Source of the DNA: Lytechinus pictus
Taxonomy: Eukaryota
DNA length: 64,000 nucleotides
NCBI RefSeq assembly: GCF_037042905.1
Contig: NC_087248.1
Coordinates: forward strand, 25,544,001 to 25,608,000
Direction: 5' to 3'
The notes under the pieces were generated by a model, which saw only the letters and a list, made by a program, of their open reading frames with translations, had not been told where the DNA came from and did not search any database. Each line of letters opens with the position of its first letter. Position 1 is the stretch's first letter. Shown here one piece after another: positions 11,001-23,891 of this stretch. The translations under genes were made by a program, and so were the position numbers.

Positions 11001-12461
11001 TTTTTCGTACATGTACATGCAAAGCTCTTTTTTGTAACTCTCTTCCATTACCATTCTTCTCATGTCTGTTTAACCTCTCTGCCCTTCCCAAGGTCTCTCT
11101 TCCTCGTTTCGTTTTTTTTTTTTTTTTTTTCTTCTGTGTATATTTTATTCATTCCTCTCTATTCTTTTCCCAATGTTGCAGCGCAGGTGTGTGTGTGGGT
11201 GTGTTGGTGTGGTTGTGGGTACATGGGGATATCTGTGTTAACGGTTAGACTTTTGCTAGATACTTATAGGTCTTGTGTGTTTGTTTCTTTTTTTTTTCGT
11301 AAGCACATATTCGATGCCTGCACCAATGTGCCAGCTCCATGGCTATGCTGTTTATTGGAAAAAATATACTTCTTCCCTCTTGTTGTCTTCAACGTTTCCC
11401 CTATAACACAACGGTGCGGACTGTGAGTGCTGACCTGTGCTCTCAAGTTGGATTACTTTGCCTTCTTTTACATAATTTCAAATATTGATTACATCTATTT
11501 TCAATTATCAACTCGAGTTTGGAACTTCGTTATATAAAAAGAGCCCTCACTTCAATATTTTTTTACTCCCTAATCATTTTTTTTTGCTTTACTATTTATT
11601 ATTATTACTTCTTATGTATTGCTGCATCAATATTGCCACATATTTATCTCAGCTATCAATCTGATAAATTAAACATTCACTTACCTTTCACATTTTCACT
11701 CTATTCTTTCATAATTCATCATAATTAGTCAATTTCTTAGGGACAATTCAATAAAAAAACTCACCCATCAAATATCGGTCACTAGGCATTTAAATTTTGA
11801 TTACCAGCCAGGGAGTTAGAGAGAGAGGGAGATAAAGAGAGAGAGGGATAAAGAGAGAGGGATGGGGGAGAGGGGGAGATGGAGCTTGGAGGTACATGAT
11901 TTGTAATGTGTAAAAGAACACGGAGAAGAATGTCCTTTTAACCAAGTCTTACCCTATTTCGCCCCATTGCGTGCAAAAGGTACCAATATATTATCCCGAC
12001 TCCCATTATGCCCATGAACACACACTGCTAAAATGATTTACTTACAAATGCAGTTCCTGCTCGCTCATTCATTAAAATTCAATTAAGTATTTCTTGAAAT
12101 TTGCTCAAGAAACAGATTTTGATCTCAAATTTGATTGATCATTGATCTATAATAAAATACTTAACTTTGCAAATTCCAAAGGACTCTACTCTAAAAAAAA
12201 TTGGAAGGTTAATTATTGCTAACCCCAGTCAAGCCTACTCTATCAGGAGGGGAGAAGGGGGGAGGGTACTTATTGTTCTGTTGGCTTTTTTTGTAATTCA
12301 TGTTTTATTGATCCATTTCATCTATATTAAGCATAACAAAACATCCATGATATAACGGATTACATTATAAAATTAAAATGAAGATGGCGTAGAAAATAAC
12401 ATGACATTTATATCATCAACCTTCTTCACCCATGTAAGTCCTTATCTCACCCCTAGTCCTC

Positions 12462-12615
12462 NNNNNNNNNNNNNNNNNNNNNNNNNNNNNNNNNNNNNNN
12501 NNNNNNNNNNNNNNNNNNNNNNNNNNNNNNNNNNNNNNNNNNNNNNNNNNNNNNNNNNNNNNNNNNNNNNNNNNNNNNNNNNNNNNNNNNNNNNNNNNNN
12601 NNNNNNNNNNNNNNN
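12462..12615. other. Assembly gap (154 N)
   Basis: Run of N. Confidence 1.
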
Positions 12616-15086
12616 CATTTCGCAGCCATTTGAAGAGTTTGATGATGCCATTGGGGTAAGTAAATTCAGATAGAATACAAAAGGGGAGGAAAAATGAACA
12701 AGTGCCATTGCCATTAAGTGCATTTGATTAGGTTGCAAACTTAAACAACCTTCCTAAAACGAAACGGTTTGCCCTGCTAAGTAGTTGGTGTATGTGGATA
12801 TCTGTATCAAAAGATGTATGGATATGAATATATGCATGCTTACCTCTTAATAACACGTTTGTCCAATATCAAAGATGAAAAAGATCTCAATTTCCTGGTG
12901 TATTCCGTCACCATCCATGCTGACTGATCTGTACCTTATCTGCGACATTCAAGCACATTTAAGATTTAAGGTGTATACGACGTCAATTGGTATCCTTCCT
13001 CTTAAACGTATCCTAACAGTTAGGACACTTTTAGAGTCCCGCCTTTCGGTAAACTTTGTTTATGCACTGCCAGTTGCTAAACCCGATTGCAAACATTTTT
13101 AACGCCCGAAAGAAAGAAAGGAAAAAAGTGTTGATTTCTAAAGGTTCACCATAATATGACATTGAAATATGTGCCTAATCAACCGGGACATGTTATTGTG
13201 TGTACTAGAGAGTATATTTGGGGGCAAATGTACTGTAAAGATTTTAGGGAACTAGACGTTGCAAAACAGGGAGTGGGTGTTTTCAAATTATCATATTCTA
13301 CTATTTATTATTTCGTTTGGTGTGGATGAATGGAAAGAAAGAAAAACAGATGGAAGAGCAGAAAGAGAGAGAAAGAGAGATGTGACAATCATATGACTGT
13401 ACAGTATGTAGTCATGTCTAACAAACGTGTACAATAATCTCTCTTGATTTGATAACAGCAATTGGCTTGTGTGTACGTTATGATGCATGTGATTTGGCGA
13501 TTATTTATGTGTGTACGTTGCGAAGGTATGAGCTTTCTGAATGGGATATAAGGTCTTTTGGAAATAATTACTAAATTATATTCTAACAAGTTCAAGTTAA
13601 AATTCGGTGATTGTTTCTATAATACAGTTTAGCTTGATGACGCAATTGCACAAGGTAGCATATACCATGAAGGATGGGGATGATATCCTGATGTGTCTTT
13701 CCTTCTCCCATACAGGACAGCAAATGCCAAGAGAAGTCATTTCTAACTCGTTTGGCATGTGCTGTTGAAACCTTTCAAAAGCACTAATAGTATATAGTGG
13801 GTAATAATGTACAAACGATGAGTGAAGGAAATCCCCTTTTTCTAAGTTATCAAATAAATATCGTGGGTTGGATTGTATAATTCATGTGTTTCAATGTAAC
13901 TAGATCGTCCAACAACCCAAATGCATGAAGAAATAAAGGAGAAGGAGAGAGAGAGAGGGAGAGAGAGAGATAACAATGTGACTGTTTTTTTAAAGTAATG
14001 TTTAATATTATATCTGATTTGATGGCTAGGTATCGTGTACGACATGGTCTTGTGTTTGTGGAGATGTGTGCGTGCGTGTGGGCGTTGTATATATGGTGCA
14101 ACGGTTTCAGCGCTCAAGTGGCCATAATGTTTCTCTCTCTCTCTTTCTCCCTATTACAGCGGAAGATTGGACAATAGTTTTGTATAAAGACGTAAACACA
14201 CGCGCAATACCCTCATGGCGGCTGCATGCAATATCACCCTATACTGTTATTAAGAATTTTCAAGTATAAAACATGGTGATTAAACGTACGGTCCATGTAT
14301 ATGAAAATATCATCCCAGTTTGTCTTTCTTCCATACAGGACAGCGACAGACAAGAGAAGTTATTTCAAACTTTTTTTGACACCAGCAATAATACCTTTCT
14401 AAGCATTATAATGGGTAGTAGCGGAATGAAGGAAACCGGAAAATCCTTTTTAAAAAGTAACTCTAACTATAATTGATAGATAATAAAAGTTGTTTATTTC
14501 AAAGATTATTGCAGGCAAAGGCCGAATTGTGATAAATTTCACAAAAATGCAAGATCATTTCAACTATCCAATAAAGCTTTTACAGTCGTAAACCTTTGGT
14601 GCTGGAGGGAGGAGGAGTTTTAAAATTTCGAAATTTACTTATTATTATTATTATTTTTTCTAGTTTTTACCCATAGTTGTTCATCCGATGTAATATGAAA
14701 ATACCAGGGATGCTCTCATAATCAGGTTGGCAGCTTTTTAAACACACACACACACACGCCCACACATACACACCGTAATAGTATAAATAGTAAGACAAAT
14801 CATTCAATTATGAAGAAGAGTTTTAAATTTAATTGTCATTTTGTAATGAAAGTAAATTTACTCATAATTATATACCCCTTTTCAGAGTAATATTTAACAA
14901 AAATACTCTTAATATTAGGATTGTGATACTAAACAGTCAAACCAAATTCGTGTACATGTAAACCAAGTAAGATACCGACCATATAAGGGGGTAATTCTAT
15001 ATTCATAATCTTCAGACAAGCAAATGCAAATAGGACATTTCACTAATGATGATACATTGACTAATACATCCCACACTATCATAAAT

Positions 15087-15142
<56 letters not shown>

Positions 15143-15294
15143 GAGATGAGGCGATGCCAATAATATAGTGATAAGTTTACTTCTACCAATCGCTGTTGCC
15201 TCGCCTCATCTCATTATGTTTAATATTCACAACTCAACAGCGATTGGTAGAAGTAAACTTATCATCACACTATATATATATATATATATTCATT

Positions 15295-15458
15295 CAATGT
15301 AAAAATGAAGTGTTATTTTAGCACCTACAGTGCTTGCATAGTGACTGCACTACTAGTGCTGACTTTCTAGTTCAAATCTAAACTAGAAAATCAGCACTCG
15401 TAGTGCAGTCACTATACAAGCATTGTAAGTGCTAAATTATCACTCATTTTTTACAGTG
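15295..15458. mobile_element. Second copy of the CACTG palindromic MITE (left end degraded)
   Basis: Clearly similar to 10255-10420 and ends TTTTTTACAGTG|TA. Confidence 0.8.
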
Positions 15459-15610
15459 TAGGTGTCACGCACGTAACACCCCCCCCCCATAGACTTGTGT
15501 GTTAAAATGGCATATTCATAAAAAAATAAATGTGAAATTAGAGAGTGGAATGTTTACTACCAATGGATAGGATATATATCTGACATTCCAAATCTGACAA
15601 GGAAAGAGTA

Positions 15611-16471
15611 GGGGAAGGCGGGGTACGTTGTGACACTTTTTGCATTTTGCATGTTAGAATTGATATGACTAGTAATATTGTAGAAATAAGTACCTTGCCT
15701 TTAAATTTGATTCTTGGGAAATATTTTTCACCTATATATAGCTTTCTACCCCCACACTGAAAATCGTTGTGACCTTTGAAAAAACTGATGTCAAATGGCT
15801 CAACTTGCCCCATCTGTGGGGTAAGTTGTGCCCCTGTCTGGGGTAAGTTGAGCCACAAAAACTATGTACAAAATGTATGCGGGAGAACCAGGATGTCAAT
15901 TTTTCATTTAAAGTCTTTTCACTTGCTAATTCTCTATAAATACTAACATCTTCTACAAGTAAAAGAACTGTCATGTGAATTTGCTCCTTTCTGCCTGCAT
16001 ATCAATGGTTTTTTATGTTTTTAATTTGTTTATTATTATATATTACCATAAGAGTTACCATGGCTCAACTTGCCCCATGTTGGTTGGCTTAAATTAGCCC
16101 CGTCCGAACTTTTTGCGATATTTTCACATCCACACATTTGTTATGCATCCATCAAGTAAAAGACTATGGCAAGAGTGAGAATCCATACCTTGACTAACAA
16201 TATTGTTCTTATTTCTATAATATATTCAAAGACGTGTGAGGGTAAAAAGCACGTATCTATTTCACATCCTTTTTTACTTTTTTGGCTGAAATTTTTATTT
16301 TTCCCTCTAAAAAAGTACTTTTTGATTCAAAGTTGAGAACAATGTGGTGGGGTTGAGGGTTATGCAATGGGTCATCAATAAATGACACCACCACAATGTC
16401 TAACTCATTCATTATTAGCCTGGGGGTGGTGGCTCAACTTGCCCCTATGCTCAACTTACCCCGCCTTCCCC
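15611..16471. mobile_element. TA-flanked TIR MITE (Tc1/pogo-like)
   Basis: TA|GGGGAAGGCGGGGTA...TACCCCGCCTTCCCC|TA, with an internally repeated GCTCAACTTGCCCC. Confidence 0.8.
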
Positions 16472-17983
16472 TACCGTGCCAGCTCATTTTAAAAATGAAA
16501 TCGCCATTAATGAAGATAACTATGAATGGATCGATTTCATCAACTGAAACAGTAAAATAGCCCTAATTATTCCGCCAGTCAAAAAATAGTTCCAAGTCAC
16601 TTATTTATCTTCCCAATTTGGTCGAAGGAAGTTAAGTAATTACCATTTCTAGAATCAGTGTTAGATTTTGAATCATATTCATACATTTTTGTCAGTCAGC
16701 AATATCAAATTGAAAAAATTTGAATGGGTTGGGTCGAACGAATATCTTTAGCCCTCCTGATGTAATTAGGCTCGTGGCACCTGTACTTCCGACATGAACT
16801 TTTTTTTCATTCGGTGCAGGCCATATTTTGTTATAGTATCCTGGATAAAGGGTTAGTGTTCGTTCAAGCATTAAAAAAAGACTTGTACATATTTTTGGTG
16901 TCATCTGACGTAGACGAAACAGCTTTTTATTCATATCACTTAATCAAGATCGTCATCACACATTTAAGAAACGTAATTCATACGGCTTCTCGAATTAAAG
17001 GTGTTTTTCTTCTTACAAGGAATGTATATCCGAGCCTCGAACTCATTATATAGAAATATTAACTCAATAAAGAAACATATTTTTCGACATATATTGATTT
17101 TTCTCAATTTTTATTCTATATTACGAAAAAGAAGAAGATACAAATAATATATATAGCACATCATAAATAAAATAATTCATGATACATAGCAGAAATTAAC
17201 AATTCAAACGAAGAGTTCTGGCAAAAAGCCGTCTGTGGCACTCTCAGTGACATAGGGCGATGTATTTCAAAGTATTTACAACAAAATGCGTCCAAAAGGT
17301 TAATATTTCTGAGCTGCAACGCAAATCCATATAATAATAATCTTATCTTATATACAAACTTTATGAAACTAAAATGTAAGGTTATCAGGTTATAGTGATT
17401 TTTTTTCTTGCCGTCAACATACCAATGTACATACTACGACATTTCACTTGCCCATGAGGGCGTACTCCAAACAAAATAACAAATGACTTCGGTAATGTAA
17501 AATTATTCACAAAAAGCAATAAAAAATACAAGATATCAGCTTTTTACCAATTACATCCAATACTGTGCGTTTGATACTAAGACAACAACCAGCAATATTG
17601 TGAGTTTGCAAGGATTGTTGAACGTCATCCGTTTTTTTTTTTACTTCAACTAGCGATTTTTGACTGATAACCTATCTTTTCCAGCACGCCCGTTTAAGGT
17701 ATGTTACGTTTGTCACGCATATTTACATTCATTTTAAATATTGTCCTGCATTAACAAGAAATTGTTATCTTGATCTCTCTTGTGCTATTTCTTGTCAATT
17801 CCTTGCAATTCGTAGGCGATAAGGTTTTTCCTTGTATCGGATTCTGTGTGTTTATTTTCATAATTTATAACATTTACAAGGATATTTCAAAAAGAGAGTG
17901 CCGCACTCTCCATGCTCTGCTCTGTAGCAGCATCCTCCATTCATAACCAGTTTGTACGATTGCTCTTCATTGTTTTGTCATTA

Positions 17984-18235
17984 CACTGCAAAAACTCCGG
18001 TGTTGATTTTACACCAGCCCGGAATCTATATATATATATATATATCCGCACCAGAGAAGTATTGAAACATTACCACTTTAAAATCAAACCGATGCTGTTT
18101 TAATACTAAACGGTGTTGTATAAACACCTATCTGGTGTTAGACCAAAACTATACTGGTATTGTTTAACACTTCTTTGGTGTGGACATATATAGATTCCGG
18201 GCTGGTGTTAAATCAACACCAGATTTTTTGCAGTG
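17984..18235. mobile_element. CACTG MITE of a different family, TA TSD
   Basis: TA|CACTGCAAAAACTCCGGTGTTGATTT...AAATCAACACCAGATTTTTTGCAGTG|TA. Confidence 0.85.
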
Positions 18236-19217
18236 TATGTTGCATTGATTATTATGTCAAGATGTACAAACAAAGGGTTTATAATGAAATCACGGGAAAT
18301 GGGAATGAACGATATGAAATAAAGGAAATTATGAGATCAAATAAAGTCATCGGATTGTGTTTTATTTACCTTAAGGTCAGCCCTTCAATCTCTACATATA
18401 AAATGCTACAAAAACAAGGCATCGAACCAATGATGTAATCAGCAATATAACGTTATAATTTGTTACCCTAATGAAAACATATTAGGTAGTTTACATTTCT
18501 CTGCTTAGATTACGTGGTGTACACATCATTAAGCTACCCTATTTACAAACGATATACACGTACATACCACGTTCAACCTCATATGTTGTACATGTATATG
18601 TTTAAAAACTGATTGCTTATTTCTAACCAAGATCATAACAATGCAAAAGTACAATGAAAAGTGCATGTTCAGACAAGAAGTTAGCTTATCGTGTCAGGCA
18701 TTAAAAAAATGTGACCGAAAATCCATTCATTTCTTTAAAGAAAGATTATACAGTATTTGATCAGTAGAAATTAACTATCGAAAAAAAAACCAGTTATCGC
18801 AATGACAATCGGTCAAATACAGACCACAATGTGGGAAGGGATGTGTTACAATCGCCCTGTCCATGTTGGTTCTCTATCTTCGACTATTCTAAAATCGGTT
18901 GGTCAGAAACAAGTTAAAAGGCACGTCCACCCCAGCGAATACTTAATTTGGATAACATAGGTAGATTCGAAAAAGTGCAACGCTGGAAATTTTGTCAAAG
19001 TCGGATGAAAAATAGGAAAGTTATAATGGTTTATCAAGTCTCACTTTTTCAACAAAACAGTTATATTCCCAGCAGGATAATAACATTAACTCATTATTTC
19101 ATTTGAATTGTTTATTCATTTCTTTCTAGTCTTTTTCTTTACCCTGAAAGAAAATACATGTATAACTGATGGAAAATACAGTATGTATAGATTTGACCAT
19201 AATTACATTATTTATTG

Positions 19218-19775
19218 GGTTACACTTCGTAATTCCGAAGGTTCTTTATTCCGAAGGTTCGTAATTCCGAAACACGTAAATTGCCGAGACCTCGATGTTT
19301 GTTAATCCGAAAACGTAAAAGGGTTCGTTAATCCGAACATTTGTGGCGTTACTCCGAAGGTTCGTTATTCCGAAGGTTCGATAATCCGAAAACGAAATAA
19401 GGTTCGATGTTCCGAAGGTTCGGTAATCCGAAAACGAAATAAGGTTCGTTAATCCGAAAACGAAATAAGGTTCGTTGTTCCGAAGGTTCGTTAGTCCGAA
19501 AACGAAATAAGGTTAGCTAAGCATTTAGTTTTCGGACTAACGAACCTTCGGAATTACGAACCTTATTTCTTTTTCGGATTAACGAACCATCGGAATTACG
19601 AACCTCACTTCGTTTTCGGACTAACGAACCTTCGGAATTACGAACCTCATTTCCTTTTCGGACTAACGAACCTTCGGAATTACGAACCTTCGGAAATACG
19701 AACCTTCGGAAATACGAACCTTCGGAATATCCGAACCTTCGGAATAACGAAGCTTCGGAATTACGAATGTATGCG
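19218..19775. mobile_element. Foldback-type element of inverted tandem ~14-bp repeats
   Basis: (TTCCGAAGGTTCGT..)n on the left and (ACGAACCTTCGGAA..)n on the right; termini TACACTTCGTAATTCCGAAG / CTTCGGAATTACGAATGTA. Confidence 0.8.
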
Positions 19776-22264
19776 ATTTATTTAAGGCATTTCTATGCAG
19801 CATGTTGCATCAACAGTAAGGGGTTTTGTTTCTTGGTTAGAACTCGAGTATTCAACTAAACTAAACCTCGAAACTGGGCCTAGGAATAGTAAATTTACAA
19901 TAGTGAAACAATCTGATATTATTTCTCAAATGCATGACCTTCAATTATTATGTAACTTGCCGATGATCAATATGATAATAATTGAGTAACCAGAATCTTA
20001 GAAAACGTTATGAGAAACTGTATACATGTACAAATTTTGTGAAATTACAATGCAATGTTTCATAGATTACATAATGTCCCTTTCTTGCGGTGAACATACA
20101 TAATTATATAAACGCATACATCACATTGTACATGAGCTCATATGGACCTACTTTAGGCATATTAATCAAATATAATTATAAAAAAACACAAAATGCATGA
20201 ATGGTAACATTTACAACAGTGCAACAGTCTGATCTTATCCTATATACAAACTTTATGAAAGTACAATATAAGGTTATAGTGATAACGTAATCTATTGTTT
20301 GTCTTGCCATAAACATACACATGTATTTAAAACATCATATCACGTGCCATTGTAGGCGTACCCCTAACATAACAACAATAACTACAGCAATGTAAAAAAA
20401 AATACACATATATTTACGTTCATGCAATATAGTGCTCATGAGTATATACATGTACCACTTTTTTACCATTTACACCCGATACTGTAAGATTCGATACTTA
20501 TACAGCAACCAGCAACATTGTGAGGTTTGTAAAGATTGTTAAACATGTTGAACATCATTTTTTTTTACTTCAACTTTAATAGCGACCCATTTGTGACTGA
20601 TAATCCATGGTTTCCTGCACGGCTGTTTAAGGTATGCCATGTACTTCACATTCATGGGACTGCCCTGTACTGACAGAAATGGTTATCTTGATTTCTTTTG
20701 TGTCATTACTTTTTACTTTCATACCATTTGTAGGCCCATTTGTAGGCAACAAAGCTTTTCTTTTTCCTGATTGTGTTTTTTAATTATTTAAACTCTTCAT
20801 GCAACATATATAAAGAGATATTCGGTGAATATACAGCTTAAATATAACGGGTCGATAATCATGTATGTAAATGATCCTAATATATATAAGCTTACAATCA
20901 GAATGAAACCAATCTGAACACAATATGATAATGCAAATTAACTGAGGGGGATAATTTCATACAGAACACGATAGAAGCGAACAATAGGCAAGTGAAACTT
21001 AATTAAAAGAGGGGGGTTTTAGGAGGGACTTAAACAGTTTTAATAGATGAAGCCTCACGTACATTAATGGGGAGATTATTCATGAGCTTCGGGGCAATAA
21101 GTGAAAAGAATGCTCAAGTTGTCGTTTTGTGTGTATTTTGTTTTGGTATATATTATATATAAGAACATTTTTTACGAGGAGGCTGCACCCAACAAGCTAT
21201 TCTTTTTAGCAGCCTCCTCCATTTCAAACCTGCTAGTAGTATTATCGTAACTAAAATTTTTGTACGAAACATATGCTGTTTCATTGCTTGTATATTATGT
21301 AATATTGTACGAAGAAAAATAAAATATGTTGGAAATAAAAAATGAATGAAATGAAACAAAAACTTTGAAATGTCAAATGTTTTCTTTCATATCACAGTTT
21401 ACACGAATTTTCAGCGTCTTATTGTTTTTTTTTCTTTCTCATTGATATGCCCTTTTTCGTTGGGGCGGACGTTAGCTCATACTCTCTGCACAGGACCGTT
21501 CACCGTGGAGCATCTTGTCCAGTGCATGACCTATCCCATTATCAAACTATGGCTATAAGAAAAAAAAATTGACGGATTGCTTAAATAAACGGGTAAACAT
21601 CATTTGCTCCTGCATGCGACATTTGCTTCGGTCTTAATATCTCAGAGGGCATAGGTTAGAGAAGGATTGTATAATAGTTTTTGGTTCAAACTAATGCAAA
21701 GATAGCGATTTGGGGCTTATAGAATTTTGCAGATTATATTTCATGTATGGCGTAACCTGCAGATTTTGCATCGGAGCTTGTCGCCGGAGCAAATCTTTTA
21801 GAACTACATGTACTGGCTCCAAACATACGTTGTCCTAAATTTCCCAAGACAGAGTCTACGGAGACCAAAGAATGATATCATTTGTGTTAATCTATTCTCA
21901 TTTTTTAATGCCCATGCATGTCGGTCATTACGTCATGGTAGGTCATGACGTCATGGTATGTCATTACGTCATGGTATAGGTCATGACAATGGCAAACTAA
22001 CTGATCAAGAGCGGGAGCATCTCTACCTCTAAAACTATTCCATATATTGTACGGTAACCGAAACGAAAGAACCATGTGTTTCATGTGTGCTGCCAATGTT
22101 AGGATCGTCTGATTCTTCATGATCTTGATGCCGCAACTTCATATTGGAAAGTTCTTACTGTATAGTGGTGTATGAGAGGAGAGAGAGATACATACATATT
22201 AATAAGATTGTTGCGAAATGGAGGAAAAAAATAATAAGAACATGAGGAAATGGCGAAAGAGAAG

Positions 22265-23152
22265 CCCGGGGGGGGGGGGGGGCATTCAAAGATATTGCTG
22301 TACACACCTGTGACCAAAAAAGGGGGTTTAAAGGGGTGTTTTTTCAGTTTTGGACGCTGGCCGCGCGTGCACTCATTAACGGTATTAAAAACACCTATTT
22401 AAAAAAATACGGGTCATTTTGAAACACTGGTCAATGGTCAATAGCGGGGTCAAACGTATCAGGGTATGTTGTTTTTTTCCCAAAGCTTTCTTTTCTAAGA
22501 CAAGCCAAACGTGCTTAGGATATGTTTTTTCCTCAAGCTTTTCCCCCGGGGCTTTTTCCTCCTAATTTTGAAAAGTGTTCAGGTTCTTCCTTGTTGTGGA
22601 ATTTTAACTGCACTTGGGGAGGGGGAGGGGGGCACTAGCGTACCTAACGAGTCCTGACGAGTCACAACTGATCCAGGGGACGTGTTCCCCCTTTTGAGAA
22701 GCAAAACTAATAATGTAAAATTTGCAAATTGAAGACCTTTTTTTTGCTTGTCAATTTTTTTTGTGGTACGAAATCACCTTTATTTGCGGTTGAAGACTTT
22801 TTTTCCCCTTTTTTTTTTGCTTGTCAAATTTTTTGTGGACGAAATATCCTCCAATAAATTTGCCCCCCTTTCAGAGAATCCTGGGTACGCCGCTAGGGGG
22901 GGGGGTATGTAATACCCATAAATATATTTGTGTCTATACTTAAATATATTGTTAGCAAGAAGACAAAACTTGTTTAGGGGTCATATTCTGGCGACAACTT
23001 GTTTAGGGGCCAAAATGTGTTAATTAAGCTCGCGAAAAACTTGTTTAGGGGGTTATTTTGCACACAGAGAAAATCTTGTTTAGGGGGTGTTTGGAAATAA
23101 CTTGGCTACGCGTGTGTACAGTAATACATTTGACTGCCCCCCCCCCTCCCCG
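22265..23152. mobile_element. CCCGGG-terminated MITE with a nested smaller MITE (~22634-22896)
   Basis: Imperfect TIRs CCCG(G)nCATTCAAA..GTACACAC / GTGTGTAC..TTTGACTG(C)nG. The nested element reads CTAGCGTACC...GGTACGCCGCTAG. Confidence 0.55.
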
Positions 23153-23891
23153 AAAAAAAGTTGATAAGTAATAGAAAGACATTCACATGTATAGAGTTTG
23201 GAGAGAGAAGGGGACAAGTCAAGAGAGGGAGAGAGGGGGACGGAGAGCGCACGCCCACACAATTTGGGTGGAGACTGTAGGACGGATGGTTTTCGAACTA
23301 GCAATAATATGTAGTATAGGGAGTGTTGTAAATCCGCGTGTACCATGATGAAAGGCACTCATTAATTTCGACTTTTAATAAGATTCCAACGCGATTAGAT
23401 GAATATATTTCTTTACGCATATCTTACTTTAATTAATTGTAAAAATGATGTTCAATTTTCAGGTATGCATTGTAAGCTAACGAAGTAAACTTTATATAAT
23501 TAGAAACTCTTATCATTGTAGTAACGTGGCCATGCTCTCTCTTGAATAGTCATTTAAATTCAACTTTGGCAACAATCTTCATTTTTCTCATCTCGTTTTT
23601 TTTATTTGTGATCACACACATCCCTGAAAGCATTTTTGAATGTGATTTGCTTGTCTTTCGGCCAGACTAATCGACAAAAGTATTTAGCTATTTATACCGC
23701 TACAAGCATTTGAGAACATACTTTCTGTCAAAATATTTAATATGAATTATGATGAGATCAGAATGATAAGGACGGGTCGATGATTGGTTTTATATTTCAT
23801 AATATTTATTGGAAAGTAAAATGGGCTCTAGCTAGCTTTCCTTGGAAAGTGTACAAATGCAAAATATTTTTTTATATTATTCATTTGAACA

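Noticed and set aside
10773-11426. 217-aa ORF
   Set aside because: It is low-complexity T-rich sequence over a LINE remnant and UTR, with no coherent protein.
19218-19775. CRISPR-like look of short repeat arrays (also 39113-39350, 37560-39015)
   Set aside because: There are no unique spacers, the arrays are tandem or inverted, and the context is eukaryotic with no cas genes.
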